Source: a virus
Reading direction: 5' to 3' (one strand)
Length of the DNA: 64,000 nucleotides
Virus record (IMG/VR): IMGVR_UViG_3300034141_000082
Of this stretch, positions 1-8,273 are shown piece after piece. Each line of letters opens with the position of its first letter. Positions within the stretch are counted from its first letter, which is position 1. The position numbers and the translations under genes are program-made. The notes below the pieces were generated by a model. The model ran no database searches. It was not told the origin of the DNA and saw nothing but the letters and a program-made list of their open reading frames with translations.

Positions 1-1224
1 ATCCTCGGCGACGCCTTCTACCCGAACCTGCCGGTCGCTCTCGGCAACGGCAAGGTGCTGGTCATTACCGTCCGCGAGGACCGCGACGGCGACGAGGCAT
101 TCCACCCCGAGGCGCGCGTCTACACGATGACCGACAACGGCTGGACCCGCTCGACCGCCTCGGACCTGCCGCGCCAGTCGTACAACGCCCAGGCCGTGTG
201 CAAGACCCTGGACAGCTCCGTGCTCGTGCAGACCGACCGGACCACCGCCGGCGCCGCCGCCCCGGGGTATTACGTCGCCACCGTCAACGGCGACGTCGTG
301 ACCGGCGGAGCCCTGGCAGCCGTCACCGGCACCGGGCCGGCCCGCAGCCACAGCAACTCGATGGTGCGCCTGCCGAACACGAACGACTTCCTGGCCTGGC
401 GCCAGCACGACGACGCCGTCTACGTCGACCTGGTCCGGGTCAGCGGCACCACCTGCACCGTGCTGGACACCGCCACCGTCGCTCCGCCGTCCGGCTTGAC
501 CGACCCGGACCTCCCGCGGGCGCTCGTCCTGGACGGCGCCACCGCTGCGCTGGGCGCGCTCAGCTACGACACCAAGGTGCAGTTCGTGCGTGCGTCGGTT
601 GTCGGCGAGTCGATCACCATCGACACCGACGAGCTGACGACCACCTACACCGAGGGCGCCACTCTCTACCCGGGCTCCCTGGACCACACCGCGGAAATCA
701 TGCTTCGCGACGGCTCGGCCGGCTCTCGCGTCGTTAAGCGCCTCAGCGTCGACTACTCCGGCAGCGCCTTCTCCACCGAGCCGATGCCCATCATCCAGAC
801 CACGGAATCCTCGCCACCCGGGTATGAGCTGCGCACCGAAGACGGCGGCATCGACCCGTTCACCGACGCCCAGTATTTCCCGATCGCCGGTGACCTCTAC
901 GTCGCACGGCGCCTTTCGGACGGCCCCACCGACTCCAACTGGATTGTCGTTCAGCAGTACGACCAGGCGACCGGCACAATCAAGGCGACGGAGTGGAGCA
1001 AGGGCCAGATGAACGGCAGCGGTCCCGAGCTGCTCAGCACCACGCCGTTGCACATGGTCTACGAACCCGCGACCAAGCAGCTCGTCGTAACCGCCAGCGA
1101 GCAGTACTTCCCGAACCTGGAAGACGCAGAGAATTTCAGCCTGAACGCACGGATCGCCACGTTCCGCACGACGTACGTCCTGGCCCAGGGGCTGCGCAGT
1201 CAGGGCTCGGCCTTCTCCGGCTGA
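1..1224 (+). CDS. Probable minor tail/structural protein, 5'-truncated by the window edge
   Basis: Frame 1 is open from base 1 (ILGDAFYPNL...). Thr/Asp/Val-rich, beta-type composition; sits at the end of the rightward structural arm. Confidence 0.5.
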   Translation: MLGDAFYPNLPVALGNGKVLVITVREDRDGDEAFHPEARVYTMTDNGWTRSTASDLPRQSYNAQAVCKTLDSSVLVQTDRTTAGAAAPGYYVATVNGDVVTGGALAAVTGTGPARSHSNSMVRLPNTNDFLAWRQHDDAVYVDLVRVSGTTCTVLDTATVAPPSGLTDPDLPRALVLDGATAALGALSYDTKVQFVRASVVGESITIDTDELTTTYTEGATLYPGSLDHTAEIMLRDGSAGSRVVKRLSVDYSGSAFSTEPMPIIQTTESSPPGYELRTEDGGIDPFTDAQYFPIAGDLYVARRLSDGPTDSNWIVVQQYDQATGTIKATEWSKGQMNGSGPELLSTTPLHMVYEPATKQLVVTASEQYFPNLEDAENFSLNARIATFRTTYVLAQGLRSQGSAFSG

Positions 1225-1296
1225 CCAGATCAGCTCGCTCGATTGCCGGTAGCGATCACGCACCGTAGTCTGAGGATCAGACCCCGAGGAGTGATA

Positions 1297-1674
1297 ATGC
1301 CAGACAGCGGTTCGCCCCCCACCCCGGGGGAACTCGCGCGCAGTCTGCGCGACCTCCTCGTGCGCTTCGACCAGCTTTTCGCTCGGGTCGAGCAGAACTA
1401 CGTGACCAAGGAGGTCCACGCCGTTCAGCTCGAACTCCTGAAGACGCAGAACTCCGGGACGTCCAGCGCGATCGAGGCCGAGCGGGAGCTGCGCAAGACC
1501 GAGCACGCCGAGATAAACCGGCGCATCAAGGGTCTGGAAGACGGACCCGAGGTCAGCCGGCGACTCGCTGCTCTGGAGGACGCCCAGCGCTGGCTCATCC
1601 GTACGGTGGGAGGGATCGTCATCGCTGCTGTAATTACCGCCGCGATTGCATCTCGGTCGGTTGTGGGACAATGA
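1297..1674 (+). CDS. Coiled-coil protein with C-terminal TM helix (possible lysis accessory)
   Basis: GAGGAG RBS before ATG 1297; C-terminal WLIRTVGGIVIAAVITAAIA is hydrophobic. Confidence 0.6.
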   Translation: MPDSGSPPTPGELARSLRDLLVRFDQLFARVEQNYVTKEVHAVQLELLKTQNSGTSSAIEAERELRKTEHAEINRRIKGLEDGPEVSRRLAALEDAQRWLIRTVGGIVIAAVITAAIASRSVVGQ

Positions 1675-1892
1675 CGGGACACGAGGTCATCGGCCAGGAC
1701 GCGGCGGGCGACCACAGCCGGCCAGTCCCGCGGCAGCAGTCGGGGGTACCATCGGAAAGCGAGCTCCAACAAATGAGAGACAAGCAGATCCTGGAGGTCA
1801 TCCGGGAGACGGTGGTGGAGCTGCGCAGCATGGGCGACCGGCTGGAGCGGCTCGCAAACATCCATTCCCAGCCCAGCGGCGAGCGCGTCTGA
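1671..1892 (+). CDS. Hypothetical protein
   Basis: ATGA overlap upstream and TGATG overlap downstream. Confidence 0.65.
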   Translation: MTGHEVIGQDAAGDHSRPVPRQQSGVPSESELQQMRDKQILEVIRETVVELRSMGDRLERLANIHSQPSGERV

Positions 1893-2218
1893 TGCCCGGC
1901 CAGGAGCCGACCCCGGTCGAGACCGCCCCCACCGCGGACGAGCTGAGCGTCGCACTGAAGAAGCTGACCGCCCTGCTGGAAGAGAATTACTTCCGTCAGC
2001 GCGGCAACAGCACGCTGCGCATCGCACTCGCCGCGGTTCTGATCTTCGTCACCACGCTGCTGACCTCCAGCTCGGTCAGCTACTGCATCACCGCCTCCCA
2101 GCCCGCCGGCTGGTGCGCCGCCGTCCCGGGCGTCAGCGCCCGCGACGCCCGCGTACAGGACGAGCGCAGGTTCACCGACCTGGAGCGTCGTCTCACCCAG
2201 CTGGAGGATCGGCAATGA
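1892..2218 (+). CDS. Membrane protein
   Basis: TGATG-coupled start; TM segment IALAAVLIFVTTLL; CxxxxxxxxWC after the TM. Confidence 0.65.
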   Translation: MPGQEPTPVETAPTADELSVALKKLTALLEENYFRQRGNSTLRIALAAVLIFVTTLLTSSSVSYCITASQPAGWCAAVPGVSARDARVQDERRFTDLERRLTQLEDRQ

Positions 2219-2583
2219 TCGCCGCCATCGACGTCTTCCAGGCGCTGCCCATCGAGTACGCCCCGCTGATCCGTTGGTTCTCCCTCATCGCCGGCATCAC
2301 GGCCATGCTCCTGATGCTCGCCCTGTTCTGGGCGTTCCGCGGCTACGTCCGTGGCTACGGCCTGTTCATCCTGACCGGCATCCTCTGCTACCAGGCGGCC
2401 ACCATCTACGGCAACGCCTTCGCCCTGTCGCAGGACGAAGTGCCGCTGAGCTCCGCGACCGTGCTCATCACCATCGGGCACCTGATCTTCATCGGCGTCG
2501 GCCTGGAGCCGGCCCGGACGAAGCGCGTCCGGATCTCACGGGGCAACACGAACATCGACCGCTGGCAGCGTCCGACGGACTGA
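2215..2583 (+). CDS. Multi-pass membrane protein
   Basis: ATGA overlap; three hydrophobic segments. Confidence 0.7.
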   Translation: MIAAIDVFQALPIEYAPLIRWFSLIAGITAMLLMLALFWAFRGYVRGYGLFILTGILCYQAATIYGNAFALSQDEVPLSSATVLITIGHLIFIGVGLEPARTKRVRISRGNTNIDRWQRPTD

Positions 2584-2659
2584 CCAGGCGTTTTCCTTCG
2601 CACGGCGCCCGCGCCGTGGTAGACCTGTCACCACTGAAGGGCCTCCCGGAAGGAACAGC

Positions 2660-2998
2660 ATGGCTCAGAAGGTAATCGTCCAGCTCGTCGATGACCTGGA
2701 CGGCGGCGACGCGGACGAGACGGTCCGGTACGCCCTCGACGGCGTCAACTACGAGATCGACGTGTCGAAGAAGAACGCGCAGCGCCTCCGCACCACGATG
2801 GAGGAGTTCACCAGCAAGAGTCGGCGCGCCGCCGGCGGCCGGCAGACACAGCCCCGTGGAGCTCGCCGCGGAGCCGTCCGGCAGTCCGAGCCCGGCGCCG
2901 TCCGCGCCTGGGCCAGGGAGAACGGCCACACCCTCAGTGACCGGGGCCGCATCCCGGCCGACGTCATGGAGAAGTACCAGGCCGCGACGAAGTCGTAG
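2660..2998 (+). CDS. lsr2: Lsr2-family nucleoid-associated protein (full length)
   Basis: MAQKVIVQLVDDLDGG..ETVRYALDGVNYEIDVS N-domain; VRAWARENG..SDRGRIP DNA-binding domain. Confidence 0.95.
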   Translation: MAQKVIVQLVDDLDGGDADETVRYALDGVNYEIDVSKKNAQRLRTTMEEFTSKSRRAAGGRQTQPRGARRGAVRQSEPGAVRAWARENGHTLSDRGRIPADVMEKYQAATKS

Positions 2999-3015
2999 CA
3001 CCACCGGACACACTG

Positions 3016-3050
3016 AAGAGCCGCCGGCGTGCGGGACGCCGGCGGCTCTT
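3016..3050. terminator. Bidirectional intrinsic terminator at the convergence of the two arms
   Basis: Perfect 15-bp stem AAGAGCCGCCGGCGT/ACGCCGGCGGCTCTT with a 5-nt loop. Confidence 0.85.
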
Positions 3051-3064
3051 GTCGTGCGTGGGGG

Positions 3065-3259
3065 TCAGGATGTGTCGCGAGCCCGCCGGTTGCGGCGGAC
3101 GGCGAGGAGCAGGTTCAGCGCTGCAATCTCGGCGTCGGTGGGCCGCCAGGCCACGTACGCCTCGCTGCGGGCCCGAACGGCGCGCCGCTCCCGTCGGGTC
3201 AGCCCATCGTCACCGCGCCGCTCCAGGACGCGCAGGGCGCCGGCCAGGGCCCTCAGCAT
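3065..3259 (-). CDS. Hypothetical protein
   Basis: Overlap-coupled to the upstream gene; MLRALAGALRVL... Confidence 0.5.
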   Translation of the reverse strand: MLRALAGALRVLERRGDDGLTRRERRAVRARSEAYVAWRPTDAEIAALNLLLAVRRNRRARDTS

Positions 3260-3492
3260 GACGACCTGTCCATTCCGTTGGCGGCGCAGAGCGAGTCGGC
3301 GGCCTGCTCCCACGTGGCGTAGCCGATGCCCGCGGGGATGTAGATCCAGTGGCGCCGGCCGTAGATGTCGTAGTCCAGCGCACGGCGCATCACCCACCAG
3401 ACACCAGGCACGAGCCGGCGGATGCGGAACACCGGTGGTGCGGACTCGTCGTCCTCGAACAGGCGACCGATCAACCCGTGGATGCCACCCAT
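3253..3492 (-). CDS. Hypothetical protein
   Basis: TGATG overlap with the RuvC stop. Confidence 0.6.
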   Translation of the reverse strand: MGGIHGLIGRLFEDDESAPPVFRIRRLVPGVWWVMRRALDYDIYGRRHWIYIPAGIGYATWEQAADSLCAANGMDRSSC

Positions 3493-4058
3493 CACGCCGC
3501 ACGCTCTTTCGTCAGCTTCAGCGCGGCGGCGTTCCACGGATTCTTCTTCACCGCGGTGAGGGCCAGCAGCCGGTCCGAGGAGAGCTGGTAGGTCGGCTCG
3601 CCGAGCAGGTGCATGCCGAGTTCGCGCAGCACGCTGGCGTCGGCCTGGTTGTGGTCGCCGGCGAAGTCGACGCCGGTGATGCGGCTCCACTCGGACAGCA
3701 CGAGATCCTTGTTGCCGCGGCCGGTGCCGGTGGCGAACTTGGCCCGGCCGCCGGGGCTGACGCTCACGAGGGGGATGCCGCGCTGGGCGATGGCGAGCTT
3801 GATCACGCCGGCCGCTTCGCCGATGCCGAACACGTCGCCGAACTTCTTCAGGCCGTAGTTGTATGCCTCGATCACCACGAGATCGACACGGTGCTCATCG
3901 AGCAGCGCGGTGGCGTGGTCGTAGAGAAAGGTCAGCCGCGCGCCGGTCGGCTCCTTCGCCTTCAGCTTGTTGATCCAGGTCTCGTGACCGCCGTCCGGCC
4001 GCGCAATCCCGGTCCCGGCTGGGCTGGCGTCCACGCCCAGCACCCTCCACCCGCTCAT
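3492..4058 (-). CDS. ruvC: RuvC-like Holliday junction resolvase
   Basis: VLGVDAS..TG, VVIEAY, GEAAGVIKL, KFATGTGRGNKD, HNQADA motifs. Confidence 0.9.
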   Translation of the reverse strand: MSGWRVLGVDASPAGTGIARPDGGHETWINKLKAKEPTGARLTFLYDHATALLDEHRVDLVVIEAYNYGLKKFGDVFGIGEAAGVIKLAIAQRGIPLVSVSPGGRAKFATGTGRGNKDLVLSEWSRITGVDFAGDHNQADASVLRELGMHLLGEPTYQLSSDRLLALTAVKKNPWNAAALKLTKERAA

Positions 4059-4357
4059 CGCGCGAGCCAGGCGGTCAGCTCGGCGGCCTTGGCCGGCCGC
4101 GTCCCTGTGCCGTCGTCCAGGACGTTGCCGTACGCCTTGGCCCCGCCGCCCTCGGCCTGGCTCCAGTACGCCTGGAACGCCCGCACGAGGCCGCCAGGGA
4201 GGTGCTTGCGGCCGACCACGGCCCACGCCTTCGCGCCGGTCTCCGGGTCGCGGGCCTCCTGGACCACCACCTCGAACCCCGCGGCCGTCGCCTTCACCGC
4301 GAGCCGGCGCGGCGACGTGGGGGCGTCGGCTGGGTCGAGCAGGGTGATGCTGTGCAT
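4055..4357 (-). CDS. Hypothetical protein
   Basis: ATGA overlap with ruvC; GAGG RBS. Confidence 0.6.
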   Translation of the reverse strand: MHSITLLDPADAPTSPRRLAVKATAAGFEVVVQEARDPETGAKAWAVVGRKHLPGGLVRAFQAYWSQAEGGGAKAYGNVLDDGTGTRPAKAAELTAWLAR

Positions 4358-4382
4358 CTCGATTTATCCTCTCGTAGAGCCG

Positions 4383-4418
4383 AAAAAGGGGGCGACCGCG
4401 TGAACGGTCGCCCCCTTC
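4383..4418 (-). terminator. Intrinsic terminator after the SSB gene
   Basis: GGGGGCGACCG/CGGTCGCCCCC stem followed by a T-run on the minus strand. Confidence 0.8.
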
Positions 4419-4432
4419 GATTGCGGGGTGGC

Positions 4433-5005
4433 TCAGAAGTCGTCGAGCCCGGCAGCGTCGAGCGCGGCCACGGTCTCGTCCTTCGCGGGCGCGGCCTTGG
4501 CTGCCGGCTTCTTGGCGGGCGCGGCCTTGGGGGCCGGGGCCGGCGTGTCGTCCTCGTCGTCGAAGTCCGAGGGCTTGACCAGGGGGGCGTTCTTGTAGCG
4601 GTAGACCATTTCCTTCGTCGGGCTCCAGGCGCGCTTGATGCGCTCGCCCTCGGACTTGAACTTGGCCCAGAACTCCCCGCCGGTCTCGACGTCCTCGGCC
4701 TCGGCCTTGACGAGTGCCTCGATGAACGCCTTCTTCTGCGCGCCCCACCACTTGATGTAGATGGCGCGCTTGCCGTCGTCCTCGCGGCCCTGGTCGTCGA
4801 CACCCTCGTTGAGGTCGGTCTGCACGATGATGCGGACCTTCTGCTTCTGGTTGCCGTCCTCCCAGAACTCCAGCTCGTTGTCCTCGTCTCGGGACTGGAT
4901 GACGTCGGCCGAGATGACCGTGCCGCCGACGATGTCCCCGACGTTGGGGAACTTGGCGCCGCGGGCGCCACCGGTGGAGGATGCGATCAGTGCCTTGATA
5001 CCCAT
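4433..5005 (-). CDS. Actinophage-type single-stranded DNA-binding protein
   Basis: AKFPNVGDIVGGTV..Q...WEDG..K.K..I..QT pattern; acidic/Pro-Ala tail; next to the exonuclease. Confidence 0.7.
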   Translation of the reverse strand: MGIKALIASSTGGARGAKFPNVGDIVGGTVISADVIQSRDEDNELEFWEDGNQKQKVRIIVQTDLNEGVDDQGREDDGKRAIYIKWWGAQKKAFIEALVKAEAEDVETGGEFWAKFKSEGERIKRAWSPTKEMVYRYKNAPLVKPSDFDDEDDTPAPAPKAAPAKKPAAKAAPAKDETVAALDAAGLDDF

Positions 5006-5078
5006 GCGTGATTTCTCCATCTCAGAGGTTTTTTCCTGTGTGATAAATCTACGATCTGTGAATTTTTCGCGCCCCCGC

Positions 5079-5864
5079 TCACGCCGATCTGGCGGGCCGC
5101 TTCAGCAGTCCGGCAACGGTGGTCGCGGTGACGGTCGGGTTCGCTGTCGGGCATGTCGGGCGGCCGGGCGCCGGGGTGGCGAACGGGCAGCGCCGGCAGA
5201 AGTCGTCGACCGTCTTCAGGCGCTCCAGCGTGGCGGGAAGGCCGTCGTCCTCGACGGCCTGGAGAACGCGGCTGGCACGATTCAGGGCGGCTTGGGCGAC
5301 GGCCGGGTTGTAGGGCTCCTCGAACCAGAGCCGCTCACGGAACTCGCCGGCCGCGGGCATCGCCACCACCGCGACGGCGTTCACTGCGAAGCCCTCGTTC
5401 TCGTACCCGGCACCGTAGAGCTGCCCCTGGACGCGGTAGGTCTGCCCTGGACCGTGCGTCTTCTTCTCCTTGATGCTCCCGGGGCCCGGGACCTTGATGT
5501 CGACCACGGTGCCGCTGGGGACGTGGAAGAGGTCCGCGGTGCCCCAGATCTCGGTCTCGCCGTTGGTGGTGACCAGCTTCCCGACCATCACCTTGCGCTC
5601 GGTCAACCACAGGCCCTCGCCGTAGCGGATGAATTTGTCCTCGGCCCAGGCGTGGTAGCCGACGCCGACGGTCTGCCGGTGCTGGGTCTCGGGCTTCTGC
5701 CGATCGTCGGCCTGGGCCAGCTGGTAGGCCAGCTTGCGCGGGCACGGCGTGCCGAGCCCGGACGGGCCGATTAATTTCTGCTGCGAGCGTTCGTGTCCTG
5801 CCATGCCTGCGAGCACCGTCTTGGTGAAATGGTCTTCGGCGCTCAGCGACGTGTCAGGGGTCAT
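5079..5864 (-). CDS. Cas4-family (RecB/PD-(D/E)xK) exonuclease
   Basis: GPSGLG..CPRK, GTADL, VDIK, Q.QLYG and C-terminal C..CPF. Confidence 0.85.
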   Translation of the reverse strand: MTPDTSLSAEDHFTKTVLAGMAGHERSQQKLIGPSGLGTPCPRKLAYQLAQADDRQKPETQHRQTVGVGYHAWAEDKFIRYGEGLWLTERKVMVGKLVTTNGETEIWGTADLFHVPSGTVVDIKVPGPGSIKEKKTHGPGQTYRVQGQLYGAGYENEGFAVNAVAVVAMPAAGEFRERLWFEEPYNPAVAQAALNRASRVLQAVEDDGLPATLERLKTVDDFCRRCPFATPAPGRPTCPTANPTVTATTVAGLLKRPARSA

Positions 5865-5882
5865 CCTTCCACTGTAGGAAAA

Positions 5883-5917
5883 CAAGAAACGCCCGGCCCC
5901 CAGGCCGAGCGTTCTTG
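5883..5917 (-). terminator. Probable terminator after the holin
   Basis: Imperfect hairpin CAAGAAACGCCCGGCC..GGCCGAGCGTTCTTG. Confidence 0.5.
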
Positions 5918-5931
5918 GTCGAACAGGTATT

Positions 5932-6213
5932 TCAGAGCTGGCGCTTCGGCTCCGCGGAGAGGAACGGGACGAAGGTCTTCAGGAAGCTTTCCACGGCCGG
6001 CACCGCCAGGACGCGGGTCACGCCGGCGGCGATGGCGAGGGCCAGAGCGCTCCAGCCGGTCGCCTCGCCCGCGTCGTCACCGAGCGCGGCGTCGTAGATG
6101 AGCGGCGCCATCGAGCAGAGCGCGACGAGCGCGGCGAACGCGGTGCGCAGGGTGGCGCGCCAGGGCTGGCGCACCTGGGTTGGGGTGGCCTGGGGGAGGT
6201 CGACGTCAGGCAT
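5932..6213 (-). CDS. Holin (actinophage type)
   Basis: TQVRQPWRATLRTAF..., two TM helices, GVTRVLAVPAVESFL; strong AAGGAG RBS. Confidence 0.75.
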   Translation of the reverse strand: MPDVDLPQATPTQVRQPWRATLRTAFAALVALCSMAPLIYDAALGDDAGEATGWSALALAIAAGVTRVLAVPAVESFLKTFVPFLSAEPKRQL

Positions 6214-6214
6214 T

Positions 6215-6580
6215 TCATTCTCCTTCGGTGGGGATGAGAGGGCGGTACGGGTTGATGAAGCGGTCGGGGTCGGGGTACGACTCCAGCGTGGTGGCGATCT
6301 GGGCGCGGAAGAAGTCCTGCACGTGGGGCTGGACCAGCTTGTAGGCCCAGTCCTTCAGCCGCGCACAGTCCTCCTCGGTGAGGTGCGTGTCGTCGATGTG
6401 CGGACCCTGCGCGTCGATGGAGAAGCGGCCGGCGCTGTGGATCTGGACGCCGGCGGGCATCATCAGCATGGCGCCGTCCTGGGTCACGAGGAAATGGTAG
6501 TCGTCCAGGAAAATGGGCATGATGAGCGCGCCGTCAAGATGCGCGAAATCAGCTGCCCCGCTCAGCGACTCGGTCGCCAT
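6215..6580 (-). CDS. Hypothetical protein
   Basis: GAGGAGG RBS. Confidence 0.65.
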   Translation of the reverse strand: MATESLSGAADFAHLDGALIMPIFLDDYHFLVTQDGAMLMMPAGVQIHSAGRFSIDAQGPHIDDTHLTEEDCARLKDWAYKLVQPHVQDFFRAQIATTLESYPDPDRFINPYRPLIPTEGE

Positions 6581-7259
6581 GTGCCCTCCTCAGCTGGTGA
6601 GCGCCCACGTCGGCGGCCACCGGTGCGGGTCCGATTACTCGTGCTGCTCTCAGATTACCGTTGGCAGTAATTCCCTCGCACTCCACGCGAACCCTTCCGG
6701 TCAGCGGGCCGGCGTAGCGGGCCACGGCCTTCGGTCGGCGGTTCTCGTCGACCACGAAGAGAAATCCCTTGTGCGCGAGGCAGGTGTAGACGTGCGGGAA
6801 CTTCACCTTGAACGCGGCGCTGGAGTAGCCGCCGGCGACGCTGCGGATCACAATGCCCTCGGCGCCGTCCGCCGCCGCCCGCTCCCAGGCGAGGTGCACC
6901 GGGGCCGCGGGAAGCGGGTCGAAGCCGGCCTCGACCAGCGTGTGTAGGCGGGCGGGGAACGACTGGTCGCTGGACAGGTCGAACGGCACCCACGAGCCGC
7001 CGCCGGTGCGCAGCGACGAGAGCGCGCTCTCCCACGTTCCGGTGCCGACCAGCTCGCCGTCGACCAGCGTGCCGACCGGCATGTCCGGCAGGCCCGCGGG
7101 GGCCGGCGCGCGGTGCCCACCACGGGTGAGCCCGTACGGTCCGTCAGCGGCCCAGACGACGGCCAGGCGGACACCATCCAGCTTGCTCTGCGCGAGCCAG
7201 CCAGAGCCCAGGTACGGGCTGATGGAGGCCGCCTTGGTCGAGACGTTGAGCTTCACCAC
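6549..7259 (-). CDS. Minimal ATP-dependent DNA ligase (236 aa)
   Basis: Motif I SKLDGVR, III VDGELV, IIIa PFDL, IV EGIVIR, V FKVK; short OB-like tail; GGAGG RBS before GTG 7259. Confidence 0.8.
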   Translation of the reverse strand: MVKLNVSTKAASISPYLGSGWLAQSKLDGVRLAVVWAADGPYGLTRGGHRAPAPAGLPDMPVGTLVDGELVGTGTWESALSSLRTGGGSWVPFDLSSDQSFPARLHTLVEAGFDPLPAAPVHLAWERAAADGAEGIVIRSVAGGYSSAAFKVKFPHVYTCLAHKGFLFVVDENRRPKAVARYAGPLTGRVRVECEGITANGNLRAARVIGPAPVAADVGAHQLRRAHGDRVAERGS

Positions 7260-7435
7260 GGGGACTTCACCTCCCAGGCTTGGACGATGTAGGGGTAGAG
7301 CGGGGCGTGCGAGAGCAGGTTCGACTCGCGCGCGACAGCCTCGGCGTGGGCCTTGCTCTCGTAGAGCGAGCACAGCAAGTGGTGCTCGTACCCGGGCCGC
7401 TCCTCGTGAATGAAGAAGACGCCGTAGACCGTCAC
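7253..7435 (-). CDS. Hypothetical protein
   Basis: Overlap-coupled between Ku and the ligase. Confidence 0.6.
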   Translation of the reverse strand: MTVYGVFFIHEERPGYEHHLLCSLYESKAHAEAVARESNLLSHAPLYPYIVQAWEVKSPW

Positions 7436-8262
7436 GACAGCAGGTCCGCTTCGAGCAGCGCTTCCAGGTCCGCCGTCGCCGCGTTCTCTGCGAACGTGAC
7501 GCGCTCGCCGCGGGGCTTGACCAGCGCCTCGGCACCGGCTGCCTCCGCCTCGTTCGCGGCACGGCGCAGCGCCTCGCGGCCCGGGTCGATGGCGAGCTCG
7601 GCGATCTCGTCACGGGTGACCGGCTCGGCGGCCATGCTGAACATCGCCCGCGCCCGGTCGACCATGCGAGGGTCGGCGTCCGGCGGCTCGATCGGCGCGG
7701 CCCGCAGGTCGGCCGCGGGCACGAGCTCCACCATCGTGAGCAGGCCGTTGTGCGCGCCGATCCGGTAGAGCTTGGCGACGCTGCGCGATGCCCACGCGGT
7801 GACCAGCACCAGGCCGTCGTCCTCGATGGCCCGCACCAGCCCGAGGTAGGCGACGGCGTCGCCGGGGGCCGGCGTGAGCCAGTACAGGTTGCTCGACTCC
7901 ACGGCGCTGTCGCGCAGGTCGTAGGGGTCGACGGCGTGCGTCTGCATCACGTCACGCAGCGGGGCGACGTCGAGCAGGCGGTCGGCCTGCGCCGACGCGG
8001 CCAGCGGCACGAGGGCGCCGGTGTCGGACTTGTAGGCCCGGACCTCCTCGCCGACGACGTGCTGGCCGCCGGCGGAGCACACAGCGCAGAAGCGCTCGCT
8101 CTGAATCGGGGTCGCCTCGTGCGGACCGTCCTCGGTGCCCTTGCAGAAGGTGCTGGCGGAGGGCGCCTTGTAGACCCCGGAGTACACGCTGACCGTGATG
8201 CTCATCGGGCCCACGGACAGGACGACGTTGCTGCGACTGGAGCGCTTGCTGGCGGGCTGCAT
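7432..8262 (-). CDS. ku: Ku-like DNA end-binding protein
   Basis: Colinear by eye with bacterial Ku: LSVGPMSITVSVYSG, PIQSERFCAVC, EVRAYKSDTG.LV, YWLTP...AY.GL.RAI, ADLEALLEA; AGGAGG RBS. Confidence 0.85.
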   Translation of the reverse strand: MQPASKRSSRSNVVLSVGPMSITVSVYSGVYKAPSASTFCKGTEDGPHEATPIQSERFCAVCSAGGQHVVGEEVRAYKSDTGALVPLAASAQADRLLDVAPLRDVMQTHAVDPYDLRDSAVESSNLYWLTPAPGDAVAYLGLVRAIEDDGLVLVTAWASRSVAKLYRIGAHNGLLTMVELVPAADLRAAPIEPPDADPRMVDRARAMFSMAAEPVTRDEIAELAIDPGREALRRAANEAEAAGAEALVKPRGERVTFAENAATADLEALLEADLLS

Positions 8263-8273
8263 GGTGCCTCCTC

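Noticed and set aside
2691-4403. 570-aa plus-strand ORF and similar long Arg/Pro/Ala-rich ORFs (27472-28764, 39391-40809, 49762-51570, 53241-54722)
   Set aside because: Off-frame or antisense shadows of well-supported genes.
5079-5864. Cas4-like gene as a CRISPR-Cas locus
   Set aside because: No cas1/cas2 or array; solo Cas4-like exonucleases beside SSB are normal phage recombination genes.
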